Shown: positions 46,492 through 56,093 of the stretch, in pieces
How positions within the stretch are numbered: the first letter of the stretch is position 1
Layout of the letters: the number at the start of each line of letters is the position of its first letter
NCBI GenBank assembly: GCA_029565675.1
Contig: JAKQNP010000046.1
Location: 107,595-171,594, forward strand
DNA: 64,000 nt
Reading direction: 5' to 3'
Source of the DNA: a bacterium
Lineage (GTDB): Bacteria; Zhuqueibacterota; Zhuqueibacteria; Residuimicrobiales; Oceaniaggregativiventaceae
Position numbers and translations under genes: made by a program
Notes under the pieces: model-generated
What the model was told of the DNA's origin: nothing
Databases searched by the model: none
The model's input: only the letters and a program-made list of their open reading frames with translations

Positions 46492-47112
46492 ATGAATCCG
46501 CAGTGGGATTTGCTTCATTTTGAAGAAATGTTTTGGCGGCAAGGTCATCGATACGTGGCGGGATGCGATGAAGCCGGCCGTGGTCCTTTGGCAGGTCCGG
46601 TCGCTGCCGCTGCTGTCATTTTTCCACCGTTCACGTCCATCATCCCGGGTTTGACCGATTCGAAACAGTTGAGCGCTCGGAAACGGCAACAATTGGTGCC
46701 GATCATCCAGCACCGCGCCCTTGCCTGGTCGGTGGCTTTTGTCGATGAAAAGGAAATCGATCAGATCAACATCCTGCAGGCCAGCCTGAAAGCGATGCTG
46801 CTCGCTCTTTCCCGCCTGTCCCATTGTGCCGAGGTGCTTCTCGTCGACGGCAATTTTGCTCCCAAAGTGCACATGCCCTGCCAGACATTGGTGGGCGGCG
46901 ATGCGCGTTCGCTGTCGATTGCCGCTGCTTCGGTCCTGGCCAAAGAGTCGCGCGATGCGGTTATGCGTCGGTATGATCGACTCTACCCGCAATACGGTTT
47001 TGCCCGCCACAAAGGCTATCCGACTCGCGAACATGTCCAGGCTATCCGCCTCAACGGGTTGTGCAACCTGCATCGAAAAAGTTTTCGTGTCCGCCTGGAG
47101 GAGATGCAATGA
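46492..47112 (+). CDS. rnhB: Ribonuclease HII
   Basis: GCDEAGRGPLAGPV active-site motif; length 206 aa. Confidence 0.9.
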   Translation: MNPQWDLLHFEEMFWRQGHRYVAGCDEAGRGPLAGPVAAAAVIFPPFTSIIPGLTDSKQLSARKRQQLVPIIQHRALAWSVAFVDEKEIDQINILQASLKAMLLALSRLSHCAEVLLVDGNFAPKVHMPCQTLVGGDARSLSIAAASVLAKESRDAVMRRYDRLYPQYGFARHKGYPTREHVQAIRLNGLCNLHRKSFRVRLEEMQ

Positions 47113-47492
47113 GGTCTGGCAAATCGGCGGTCGAAATCGGCAGGCAGGCAGAAGAGATTGCTGCGCGCTATTTGCTCGGTCTCGGTTGGGAACTAATCGA
47201 GCGGAATTTTCGTACCAAACAAGGAGAAATCGATCTGATTGCCCGCGATGATCAGACACTGGTCTTTGTCGAAGTCAAATCGAACCGGCAAGCGCGATTC
47301 GGCCGACCGGAAGAACGGGTGGACGAGCGCAAACAAAGACAGATCGCACGGGTGGCTGAGCAATACCTCTATTTGAAACAGATCTTCGATCAAGATTGCC
47401 GTTTCGACGTCATTGCCCTGCAGTGGCAGAGCGAGCATGCCGACCGTGAGCCGCTGCTGCAGCACTATCGCAATGCTTTTTGCTGCGACTGA
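47109..47492 (+). CDS. yraN: YraN-family (UPF0102) predicted endonuclease
   Basis: GEIDLIARD...VFVEVK core is present. The ATG overlaps the rnhB stop, which is the classic rnhB-yraN pairing. The track's longer ORF from 47061 is rejected. Confidence 0.8.
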   Translation: MRSGKSAVEIGRQAEEIAARYLLGLGWELIERNFRTKQGEIDLIARDDQTLVFVEVKSNRQARFGRPEERVDERKQRQIARVAEQYLYLKQIFDQDCRFDVIALQWQSEHADREPLLQHYRNAFCCD

Positions 47493-47579
47493 AAAAAATC
47501 AGCCTTTGCGACGAGCAAATTTTTCTTGCTTATTACTCTCAAATACAATACATTTTAGGACATATCTATGATTTATCCA

Positions 47580-47652
47580 GCCACCTTAGCTCAGTTGGTA
47601 GAGCGGCTCACTCGTAATGAGCAGGTCGTCGGTTCGAATCCGACAGGTGGCT
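47580..47652 (+). tRNA. tRNA-Thr (anticodon CGT)
   Basis: Folded by hand. Acceptor is GCCACCT/AGGTGGC. D-arm is TAGCTCAGTTGGTAGAGC. The anticodon stem GCTCA/TGAGC carries loop CTCGTAA. T-arm is GTCGG-TTCGAAT-CCGAC. CCA is not encoded. Confidence 0.85.
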
Positions 47653-47704
47653 CATCTTATTGTTGTTTTTCCCTCACTCTGACAACGATAGGCGGTAGAC
47701 GCCG

Positions 47705-48625
47705 ATGAAAAAACGATCGATCTTTTTGCTGTTGTTTTTGGGCGGCTCAACCCTCTGGGCAGCTTCGCCAGGAACGGTGGGCTTTTCCTTTTTGCGCACC
47801 CAGGTAGGAGCACGCGCCGCCGGTATGGGCGGAGCGTTGCTGGCCATTCCCGGCGATCTCCACTCGATCTATTACAATCCAGCCGGCCTCATCGGATTGA
47901 AAACGCCGATGGCTGGCGCCACTTATCTCAATCATGTCCTCGACCTAAATTCCGGTTTTATCGGCTATGCTCACCCGCTCGACCGCTGGGGAGTCGTCGG
48001 CTTGAGCGTTCTGTATGCCGATTACGGCAGTTTTAAAAAAACCGACGCCACTGGACAGGAAATCGGCGATTTCGGCGCCAACAGCATTGCTCTTGCCGCC
48101 AGTTATGCCACCGATCCACTGCCCAATTTGGGCGCCGGCCTGAACGTCAAGTTTATCCACTCGGCAATCGACAATTACAACGCCAGCGCTTTGGCCGTCG
48201 ATGGCGGCGTCGTCTACTCTTTTCCCGATCAGGACCTGCACCTCGCCATCGGTTTCTACAACCTCGGCGAAGCGCTCAACGCATTCATTGCCGAAAAGGA
48301 AGAATTGCCGTTTCACTATAAAGTCGGATTTGCCAAAAAATTGGCGCACTTGCCTTTGCTCTTCAGTTTTAATCTCTACAAGTTCGTCCATGAAGATTGG
48401 CACGGCGCTGTCGGCGGTGAATTCCAGCTCAGCGACAGGATGTTCCTGCGCCTTGGCTATGACCATCTGGGCCAGGAAATGCAGGTGGGCACTTCCAAAG
48501 ATCGTTTTGCCGGCGCAGCGATCGGATTTGGTCTGTTGTTCAAACAATTCGCTGTCGACTATTCCTTGACTTCACATGGCGAGATCGGTTTCCTGAATCG
48601 ATTCTCGCTGGTCGGTTCCATCTGA
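47705..48625 (+). CDS. PorV/PorQ-family-like outer-membrane beta-barrel protein (T9SS-associated)
   Basis: A signal peptide is present. The conserved N-terminal block GARAAGMGGALLAIPGDLHSIYYNPAGL is typical of the PorV/PorQ shuttle family. The C-terminus ends with an aromatic-rich beta-strand. Confidence 0.5.
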   Translation: MKKRSIFLLLFLGGSTLWAASPGTVGFSFLRTQVGARAAGMGGALLAIPGDLHSIYYNPAGLIGLKTPMAGATYLNHVLDLNSGFIGYAHPLDRWGVVGLSVLYADYGSFKKTDATGQEIGDFGANSIALAASYATDPLPNLGAGLNVKFIHSAIDNYNASALAVDGGVVYSFPDQDLHLAIGFYNLGEALNAFIAEKEELPFHYKVGFAKKLAHLPLLFSFNLYKFVHEDWHGAVGGEFQLSDRMFLRLGYDHLGQEMQVGTSKDRFAGAAIGFGLLFKQFAVDYSLTSHGEIGFLNRFSLVGSI

Positions 48626-48722
48626 AGCAGATCGAATGCAACCGGCATGACAAGAGATTTGCGGTTGTAAGTGGATTGATTAAAGTATCCGATGTTCAAA
48701 CGGATACAAGGTGGATTTTGCC

Positions 48723-49529
48723 ATGCAACAAGACAAATTGACCGTTCCGGCAATCGTTGAAATGAAACGCAAAGGCGAAAAGATTACCTCTTTAACCGCC
48801 TACGATGCTCTTTTTGCCAAGCTTCTGGATCAAGCCGGGGTCGATGTGATTCTGGTCGGCGATTCTTGCGCGATGGTCTTTCAAGGTGAAGAAACCACTT
48901 TGCCCTTCACCATGGAAGAGGCGATTTACCATTCCCGTGTGGTGCGCCGCGGTGTGCAGCGCGCTCTGCTGGTCGCGGATATGCCCTTCATGTCCTATCA
49001 GGTCAGCACCGCTGAGGCCATGCACAATGCGGGGCTGTTTTTCAAAAAAGCTCTGGTCGATGCGGTGAAAATCGAAGGGGGGAGGCGGGAAGTCGAGACG
49101 ATCGCCAAGATTGTAGCTGCCGGCATGCCGGTAATGGGGCATCTGGGATTGACCCCGCAGTCGATCCGTGCATTTGGCACCTATTCTGTGCAGGCGCGCA
49201 GCGAAGCGGCGGCCAATGACCTTTTGCTCGACGCCCAGGCTCTGCAGGATGCCGGCGTTTTTGCTGTCGTCCTGGAAAAGATCCCGGAAGCGCTGGCGAA
49301 AAAGGTTACCGAAGCGCTCGATATCCCGACGATCGGCATCGGCGCCGGAGTTCACTGCGACGGCCAGGTTCTGGTCGCCCACGACGCCCTGGGGCTGTTT
49401 ACCGATTTTAAACCCAAATTCGTGCGCCGTTATGCTGAATTGGCGGAGACAGTCGTTGCTGCGGTGCAAAATTATTGCCGGGACGTCAAGGCAGCCACTT
49501 TCCCGTCAAGCGATGAAAGCTATCGATAG
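48723..49529 (+). CDS. panB: 3-methyl-2-oxobutanoate hydroxymethyltransferase
   Basis: TAYDALFAK...VGDS...GHLGLTPQS is present. An AAGGTGG RBS supports ATG 48723; the track's GTG 48711 is possible. Confidence 0.9.
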   Translation: MQQDKLTVPAIVEMKRKGEKITSLTAYDALFAKLLDQAGVDVILVGDSCAMVFQGEETTLPFTMEEAIYHSRVVRRGVQRALLVADMPFMSYQVSTAEAMHNAGLFFKKALVDAVKIEGGRREVETIAKIVAAGMPVMGHLGLTPQSIRAFGTYSVQARSEAAANDLLLDAQALQDAGVFAVVLEKIPEALAKKVTEALDIPTIGIGAGVHCDGQVLVAHDALGLFTDFKPKFVRRYAELAETVVAAVQNYCRDVKAATFPSSDESYR

Positions 49530-49540
49530 TTCGGGTCAAT

Positions 49541-50392
49541 ATGATGGTCATCCGTTCTTGCGCCGAAATGAGTGCTCTGGCTGAGCAACAGCGGCTGCAA
49601 GGCAATAAAATCGCTCTGGTGCCGACCATGGGCTATTTGCACGCCGGCCACCTGAGCCTGGTCAAGGTCGCCCGGCAAAAGGCCGACTGGGTTGTCATGT
49701 CCATTTATGTCAATCCCACTCAGTTCGGACCGCAGGAGGATTTCGCTCGCTATCCGCGTGACTTTGATCGCGATCTCCAACTTGCTGAAAGCGTGGGCAC
49801 TGATCTCATTTTTGCCCCGACCGATATCGAGATGTATCCACCGCCGCATCTGACCCAGGTGGTGGTGGACAAGGTGACAGCGGTCTTGTGCGGCGCCTCG
49901 CGACCAACCCATTTCCAGGGCGTCACGACGGTCGTCAGCATGTTGTTCAATATCGTCAAACCACACATCGCGATCTTTGGCCAAAAAGACGCCCAGCAGG
50001 CTGTGGTGATTCGCCGCATGGTCGCTGATCTGCATTATGATATCCAGATCATCGTGTCGCCGATTGTGCGCGAACCGGACGGCCTGGCGATGAGCTCGCG
50101 CAACCGCTATCTCACCGCCACCCAGCGCAAGAATGCGCCCGTTCTTTATCGCGCTCTGCAAAAGGCAAAAGCGAGGATAGAAGGCGGCGAAAACGATCCG
50201 TCCGCCGTACAAGAAGAAATCCGCCGCACCCTCACCTCTGTCGATGAGATGCGGATCGATTATGTGCAAATTGTTGATGGCGAAACCCTGCAGCCGGTTG
50301 AAAAACTCGACAAAGAGCAAAATATCTTGCTCGCTGTCGCTGTTTTTCTCGGCAACACCCGGCTGATCGATAATGCCATCGTCTACACCTGA
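49541..50392 (+). CDS. panC: Pantoate--beta-alanine ligase
   Basis: PTMGYLHAGHLSLV HIGH-type motif. Confidence 0.9.
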   Translation: MMVIRSCAEMSALAEQQRLQGNKIALVPTMGYLHAGHLSLVKVARQKADWVVMSIYVNPTQFGPQEDFARYPRDFDRDLQLAESVGTDLIFAPTDIEMYPPPHLTQVVVDKVTAVLCGASRPTHFQGVTTVVSMLFNIVKPHIAIFGQKDAQQAVVIRRMVADLHYDIQIIVSPIVREPDGLAMSSRNRYLTATQRKNAPVLYRALQKAKARIEGGENDPSAVQEEIRRTLTSVDEMRIDYVQIVDGETLQPVEKLDKEQNILLAVAVFLGNTRLIDNAIVYT

Positions 50393-50623
50393 GCAGCAGC
50401 CAGGCTTGCTTGTGCCGCTAACGATCGTCGGCGGATAAAAAAAAGGCGTTTTGTACGAAAAGGTATTGACTTGTAACCATTTTTTGCTAATTTCTTGAGT
50501 AATGTTTTTGACCCAGATTTGGTGTTAACCGAATCAAAAAACACTCAATTGATTATTTTTAAAATGTTTATAAAAAGAACATTTTCAGCTTTTGTGTAGT
50601 GCTATCAGATTGATTTTCGGGGA

Positions 50624-50650
50624 GATCCGGTGCTGCGCACCGAATCCGGA
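50624..50650 (+). promoter_or_regulatory. Palindromic leader element, copy 4: GATCCGGTGCTGCGCACCGAATCCGGA
   Basis: CCGGTGC-TGC-GCACCGAA then TCCGG. It lies 26 nt upstream of ATG 50676. Confidence 0.4.
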
Positions 50651-50675
50651 TTTGATTTATGTAGGAGCTTGAGCA

Positions 50676-51143
50676 ATGAGAAAACTTTGTGTCGTCGTCC
50701 TTGTTTTTTGCTTTCCGTTGCTCGCCTTTGGTCAGCTCAAGACTCTGGCGTCCCCGACACAGTTCCCCAGTCTGTTGCGCAGCACTTTGCAAGCAGGGGA
50801 GGCGGCGATGGGCTTGATCGGCCTGGACCCGGAAAAATTGCAGATGACCCATTCCTATTCGATGTCGGTGTTTTCGGGTGGTGAACAATCGATATCCCAG
50901 GCCCTCTATCTCAATACTCTGGTCTACCAATTCGATGCGCCATTGACGGTAGCGCTGCAATGGGGCCTGGCTCATCAGCCCTTTGCCACTTCTTCTGCAT
51001 TCCCGGCAATGGAAAACGGTCCATTTTTTTCCTATGCCGGATTGTCTTATCAACCGTCACAAAACACTTTGATCGAATTCAAGGTACAGCGATTGCCTTA
51101 TCCTTATTATCGCAACTATTCGCCTTTTTATTTCTCAGAATGA
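50676..51143 (+). CDS. Small secreted hypothetical protein
   Basis: A signal peptide MRKLCVVVLVFCFPLLAFGQ and an AGGAG RBS are present. It is aromatic-rich with no recognisable domain. Confidence 0.5.
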   Translation: MRKLCVVVLVFCFPLLAFGQLKTLASPTQFPSLLRSTLQAGEAAMGLIGLDPEKLQMTHSYSMSVFSGGEQSISQALYLNTLVYQFDAPLTVALQWGLAHQPFATSSAFPAMENGPFFSYAGLSYQPSQNTLIEFKVQRLPYPYYRNYSPFYFSE

Positions 51144-51237
51144 CTCTGGTTCGGCTGCGGCAGATCGTGCAACTCCATTTTTCGTTTGATTTTGGATTGC
51201 TCTTGAAGAGCAAAATCGATTAACGAAAGGAATTTCG

Positions 51238-51774
51238 GTGAACAGAAGAAGCCCCCAGCGAAAAAAAATGAAAATTGCGCGATCCGCCAAAAAAAGCAGC
51301 CAAAGCGCTCAGGCGAATGGAACCGTGACCAAGATCAAAGAAAAAGTCAACTCGGTGTTGATTTTGCTGCTAATTGTTGTCAATGTGATCTTGATCGCTC
51401 ATCTCGTCCAACGCTTTATCGTCGATTATAGCCCGACGATATCGGCGATCGATCTCGTGAACCAAAAGCGGATCCAGGTGCGGGTTTTAAATGGGTGTGG
51501 TATCAGTGGATTGGCCAATTCTTTTGCTGAATTCCTCAAACGCAACGATTATGATGTGGTGGAAACCGGCAATGCGGAGACCTATGACTATCCCACAACG
51601 CTTTTGATCGATCACAATACCAGAGAACAAAAAGAAATCGAAAAACTCTGCAGAACGCTCGATATCTCGACCAATCTGATCATTAGACTGACGACTGCTG
51701 ATGCAGCTGCAGACGCAACGATCATCATCGGCAGCGACTACGAGTCCTTGCACTCCTACCGTGCCATGAATTAG
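51238..51774 (+). CDS. LytR_C (LytR C-terminal) domain membrane protein
   Basis: There is a basic N-terminus and a TM helix. VRVLNGCGISGLANSFAEFLKRNDYDVVETGNAE matches the LytR_C domain. The start may be 51268. Confidence 0.55.
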   Translation: MNRRSPQRKKMKIARSAKKSSQSAQANGTVTKIKEKVNSVLILLLIVVNVILIAHLVQRFIVDYSPTISAIDLVNQKRIQVRVLNGCGISGLANSFAEFLKRNDYDVVETGNAETYDYPTTLLIDHNTREQKEIEKLCRTLDISTNLIIRLTTADAAADATIIIGSDYESLHSYRAMN

Positions 51775-51840
51775 CGGCGCTGCCGCAAACTGCGGAACCA
51801 TCGTCGGTGCATAACCTATTTTTAACAGAAGCTCATACGC

Positions 51841-53139
51841 ATGTATTGGTTTTTATTTGGGTTATATAATCTGCTATTTATCCCGCTGTTGAACATCGCC
51901 GTCCATTTAGCCGCGCCTTTTTCTGCTAAAATCGCTCAGGGCTTGCAGGATCGCAAAGATCTTTTTCCGCAATTGCAGCAGAATCTTTCTGGATTGGACA
52001 ATAACAAGCCGCGCATCTGGATTCATATCTCATCCATGGGCGAATTTGAACAAGCCAAACCGGTCATTGCCCTGCTGAAAGAACGCCATCCAGACTGGAT
52101 CGTGCTTCTTTCTTTTTTTTCACCGTCGGGCTATCGCCCCGCCCGCAATTACCCTCTGGCCGATCTCATCACCTATCTGCCGCTCGATTCCTACCGCCAT
52201 GCCAGGCGATTTGTTGAGCAGATCAATCCATCGATCGGTCTCGTGATTCGTCACGACATCTGGCTCAACTCTCAGCACATCTTGCACCAGCGTGGCATCC
52301 CTGCTTTGCTGATCGATGCGAGCATTGCCGATATTCGCTTATCGTCTTATCACCGCTGGCGGATCTTTTTTCGCCCTTTTTATCGCCATTTTAACCGGAT
52401 TCTGACGGTTTCGCCGGAAAACAGCCGCCGTTTCGCCGAGTTTCTCGGCAGCGATAAAAAAGTCGCCAGTTGCGGAGATACCCGCTATGATCAGGTCGTG
52501 CTGCGCAGCCAGGAGACTGAACGGATACAAAGTCTGACGCAGCTGAATTGGTTCGAACCGCGCCATTGCCTGATCGCCGGCAGCACCTGGCCCAGCGATG
52601 AACAGCACATCCTGCCCGTCATCGAGCACTGGCTGGCCAGGGATCCCAACAACAGATGTATCATCGCTCCCCACGAAACCACGGCCGAGCACATCGCCGA
52701 TTTGCGGCAATGGGCGGCGAAGACCGATCTCAACGCCGTGCTCTTTTCGGCAGTCGTGCCGGAATCGATGGAGCCGCCACCACGAGTTTTGATCATCGAC
52801 AAGGTCGGTTTGCTGGCCAATCTCTATGCGTTGGCCTCCCTCGCTTTTGTCGGCGGCAGTTTCGGACCAGGCATTCACAGTGTTCTTGAACCGGCAGCGC
52901 ATGGTTGTGTTTTGTTTTGGGGCCCGCGCTACCGCAATTCTGTCGAAGCACAGATGTTTGTGCAGCAGGAATTGGGAGTTAGCGTTGCCAACAGCCGGGC
53001 CGCAATCGATTGGCTTGACGGCAATGTGGATGATTGGCAGCAGCGCCAGGCCCTGGGCAAAAGAATCCGGCAAACGATCACTGAAAATACCGGCGCAAGC
53101 AATTGCATCATCAAAGAAATAGAAAAATTTATAAACTGA
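51841..53139 (+). CDS. waaA: 3-deoxy-D-manno-octulosonic acid (Kdo) transferase
   Basis: WIHISSMGEFEQAKPVIALLKERHP...SFFSPSGY is a typical KdtA N-terminal fold-defining region. A GT-B C-terminal half follows. Confidence 0.8.
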   Translation: MYWFLFGLYNLLFIPLLNIAVHLAAPFSAKIAQGLQDRKDLFPQLQQNLSGLDNNKPRIWIHISSMGEFEQAKPVIALLKERHPDWIVLLSFFSPSGYRPARNYPLADLITYLPLDSYRHARRFVEQINPSIGLVIRHDIWLNSQHILHQRGIPALLIDASIADIRLSSYHRWRIFFRPFYRHFNRILTVSPENSRRFAEFLGSDKKVASCGDTRYDQVVLRSQETERIQSLTQLNWFEPRHCLIAGSTWPSDEQHILPVIEHWLARDPNNRCIIAPHETTAEHIADLRQWAAKTDLNAVLFSAVVPESMEPPPRVLIIDKVGLLANLYALASLAFVGGSFGPGIHSVLEPAAHGCVLFWGPRYRNSVEAQMFVQQELGVSVANSRAAIDWLDGNVDDWQQRQALGKRIRQTITENTGASNCIIKEIEKFIN

Positions 53140-53273
53140 TCCACAGGTTTCCGGCAATCGGACACCTGTGAAATGGATTGATAGTCGATTGATCCTCTCC
53201 TGGCAATCTCCGAGTGTTTGTCGATCATTTGATCCCGGTGACAGAACCGCGCAGGTGCAGAAAAGGTTGGAAT

Positions 53274-54317
53274 ATGTTTGATTATCAAACGATCAGCTGG
53301 CAAAACGGCAAAGTGTTGTTGCTCGACCAGCAGCAACTCCCCAACGAATTGGTCGCCCTGGCGATATCGGATTATCGGGGCATCGTCAAATCGATACAGG
53401 AACTCAAGGTGCGCGGCGCGCCGGCGATTGGTCTGGCAGCCGCCTATGGGGTTGTGCTGTCGGTTTGGAACGTCGACGAGTCCGATCGCGCCGGGTTTAT
53501 CGAAAAAGCCAATCAGGCAATCGAGGAGATCAAAAAAACACGTCCGACCGCTAAAAATATGTTCTGGGCTCTTGAGCAGATGCGCCGCGTGCTGAGCAAG
53601 AATCTGAGTCTGCCGCTGCGCGATATCAAACAAGCTTTGTTGCGCGAAGCGCAACGGCTGCAACAGGACGATATCGATCGCTGCCGGCGCATCGGCGCCA
53701 ATGGCGCTGAATTGTTGCCCAACCGCGCCAACGTCCTCACCCATTGCAATGCCGGTGCCTTGGCTACCGGCGGATATGGAACCGCACTCGGCGTGCTGCG
53801 CACTGCTCGCGAACGCGGTAAAAAGGTCTGCGTCTATGCCTGCGAAACACGTCCGCTCTTGCAAGGCGCCCGGTTGACCACATTTGAACTTCTTGAAGAC
53901 GGTTTTGATGTGACCTTGATCACCGACAGCATGGCCGCGTTTGTCATGGCGGAAGCAAAAGTCAATGCTGTGATCGTCGGGGCTGATCGTATCGTCGCCA
54001 ATGGCGATGTAGCCAATAAAATCGGCACCTATGGCCTGGCGGTCCTCGCGCAATACCACAAGATTCCGTTCTACGTCGCTGCACCGCTGTCGACTTTTGA
54101 TCCGGATACCCCTGTCGGCGACCAAATTCCGCTCGAAGAACGTGATGGCGATGAGGTTCGGCGGTGTGGGGGGCAACTGGTCGCTCCTGAGGATGTCGCG
54201 GTCTATAATCCGGCTTTCGATGTAACACCGCATCAACTGATCACCGCCCTGGTGACCGAAAAGGGTGTTCTTTATCCGCCTTTTTCCAAGTCAATTCTTG
54301 AAAAAATAAAATCTTGA
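53274..54317 (+). CDS. mtnA: S-methyl-5-thioribose-1-phosphate isomerase (eIF-2B alpha/beta/delta-like family)
   Basis: LLLDQQQLP...VRGAPAIGLAAAYG...THCNAGALAT is present. An AAAAGG RBS supports ATG 53274; the track's 53214 is rejected. Confidence 0.85.
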   Translation: MFDYQTISWQNGKVLLLDQQQLPNELVALAISDYRGIVKSIQELKVRGAPAIGLAAAYGVVLSVWNVDESDRAGFIEKANQAIEEIKKTRPTAKNMFWALEQMRRVLSKNLSLPLRDIKQALLREAQRLQQDDIDRCRRIGANGAELLPNRANVLTHCNAGALATGGYGTALGVLRTARERGKKVCVYACETRPLLQGARLTTFELLEDGFDVTLITDSMAAFVMAEAKVNAVIVGADRIVANGDVANKIGTYGLAVLAQYHKIPFYVAAPLSTFDPDTPVGDQIPLEERDGDEVRRCGGQLVAPEDVAVYNPAFDVTPHQLITALVTEKGVLYPPFSKSILEKIKS

Positions 54318-54520
54318 TTCTCTGGGGAAATAATCTTATATTTTTGCGCTCAAATCGCTGTTTTACCGGATTCGGGGCGAGTACCGAACCTTTTATAAAA
54401 AATAAGTACGATCTCTCGCTCGTCTGCAGAGCACCGATTTCGCGGCTGAGCAGGCCGGCTCTGCTTTCGAGCGATACTCTCGTTGACCAACCAAATAAAC
54501 TTACCAACAAGGAGTCAGGA

Positions 54521-55618
54521 ATGAAAAGCCGCAGCTTTTTTCGTACCCTGTTGCTGATGGGATTGGCCGCTCTGATCTTGTTTGCCTGCCAGAGCAAAGA
54601 GGTAACCTCAGCGCGAGTGTATATCCAACAGGAAAATTGGGAAAAGGCGATTGAACAGCTGGAAGCCGCAGTGGAAAGCAATCCTGCCGATGCCGAAGCC
54701 ACTTATTTGCTTGGATGGGGTTATGCCGAACGCGGTGATTGGGCTGGCATGAAAGAGATGTTTGACAAATCTCTGGCCGCCGGATCCAAATTTAGCAAAG
54801 AAATCAATATGATTCTCGATCAAAAATGGGTTGAAACCTTTAACAGCGGTGTCAAATTGATCGGTTCTGAAGATCTTGACGGCGCTGCTGCCAAATTTCG
54901 CGAAGCCGTAAATATCGATGTCAAACGGCCTGAAGCGTATGCCAATCTGGCGATCACTTTGATCCGTGCGAACAAGCTCACTGACGCGATCGATGTTTAC
55001 AATCAACTTCTGGCAATCCAACCCGACAATGTCAAAGCGATGAACGAGTTGAGCCGGCTTTATATGCAGGCTGAAAAATACCAGGAAGCAGTGGAGACTG
55101 CCGAAAAAACCCTTGCCATCGAACCAGATAACGCCGATGGCATTTACAACCTGGCTCTGGGATATGACTATCTCGGCGAAAGCGACAAAGCCCGTGCGCA
55201 ATACGAAAAAGCGCTGGCCAATAATCCTGATGATTTCGACCTGACCTTCAATGTGGCCAGAATTTATTTTGTTTCCGGCGACTTCAATAAAGCCATCGAG
55301 CTCTTTCAGCGCGTTATCCAGGCCAATCCCGATGATTATGAATCCAATCTCAATGTGGGAAATGCTTATCTGTCGATGGCCGACGAAATGCGCAAAACTC
55401 TGATTCAGAAAGAACGCGACGGCAAGGAAGTCAGCGAAGATGAGATGAACCAGATGAAAAAGCTCTACGAACAATCGATTCCTTATCTGGAAAAGGCGAT
55501 CGAGAAAAACAGCACCGATGCCAATATCTGGACCAACCTGGGTGTTGCTTATGTGAATATCGGCGATGCCATAAAGGGCAAAGAGTGCTTCGATAAAGCA
55601 GAAGCGCTCAACCCATAA
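54521..55618 (+). CDS. TPR-repeat lipoprotein
   Basis: The signal peptide has a lipobox-like LFAC. Multiple TPR helices follow. A GGAGTCAGGA RBS supports ATG 54521; the track's ORF from 54314 is rejected. Confidence 0.7.
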   Translation: MKSRSFFRTLLLMGLAALILFACQSKEVTSARVYIQQENWEKAIEQLEAAVESNPADAEATYLLGWGYAERGDWAGMKEMFDKSLAAGSKFSKEINMILDQKWVETFNSGVKLIGSEDLDGAAAKFREAVNIDVKRPEAYANLAITLIRANKLTDAIDVYNQLLAIQPDNVKAMNELSRLYMQAEKYQEAVETAEKTLAIEPDNADGIYNLALGYDYLGESDKARAQYEKALANNPDDFDLTFNVARIYFVSGDFNKAIELFQRVIQANPDDYESNLNVGNAYLSMADEMRKTLIQKERDGKEVSEDEMNQMKKLYEQSIPYLEKAIEKNSTDANIWTNLGVAYVNIGDAIKGKECFDKAEALNP

Positions 55619-55633
55619 TTAATATCATCTGCA

Positions 55634-55695
55634 GGCCGGATCGATCTGTTTCCTCCCTCCTCGTGGCAAATCCAACGATCATCCGGCCTTTTTTT
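55634..55695 (+). terminator. Intrinsic terminator after the TPR lipoprotein gene
   Basis: An extended imperfect stem GGCCGGATCGATC...CGATCATCCGGCC is followed by T7. Confidence 0.55.
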
Positions 55696-56093
55696 ATGTC
55701 GAATTGCTTTCGCGTCCATGCTACTGGCGGATTTTCGCCTTACCCGTGATTCTCCATTTTTGCAAAGAAGTTGTCATCTTTTGTCGGTTTTTCCCGCCGG
55801 CAAACGGATTCACGTCATGACAAAAGACGCCGTGCGCTTGTGGTTTTGCCTGTCTGCAAAACCGGCGAAAACGACATTTTTCTTGCATTTGCGATTTCAA
55901 TCGTATAACTTTTTAACCTGTTCAGGTTATGGGTGAAAAAAACTTGTTCCGGTTTGCATAAAAGCGGCGCAAGGGAAAATGAGCGGCGGTTCCACAGGGA
56001 AACCCTGTTGCCGGGGAACAGGAGTTGCTGGCAATCGTTACATCTACAGGCGAATCTTTTACGTGTCACATCTGAGAGAATGAGAAGAGATCG

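Noticed and set aside
47580-47720. tRNA-Thr as a possible integration hotspot with an adjacent island
   Set aside because: No integrase, no direct repeat of the tRNA 3' end, and no compositional shift downstream. The flanking genes are ordinary.
52339-54236. - strand ORFs (52339-53157, 52929-54236) antisense to kdtA and mtnA
   Set aside because: Same reasoning: the + strand genes have strong family signatures.
55718-55936. 72-aa ORF in the uppS upstream gap
   Set aside because: No RBS, and a Leu/Phe-rich composition with no features. It is more plausibly non-coding leader.
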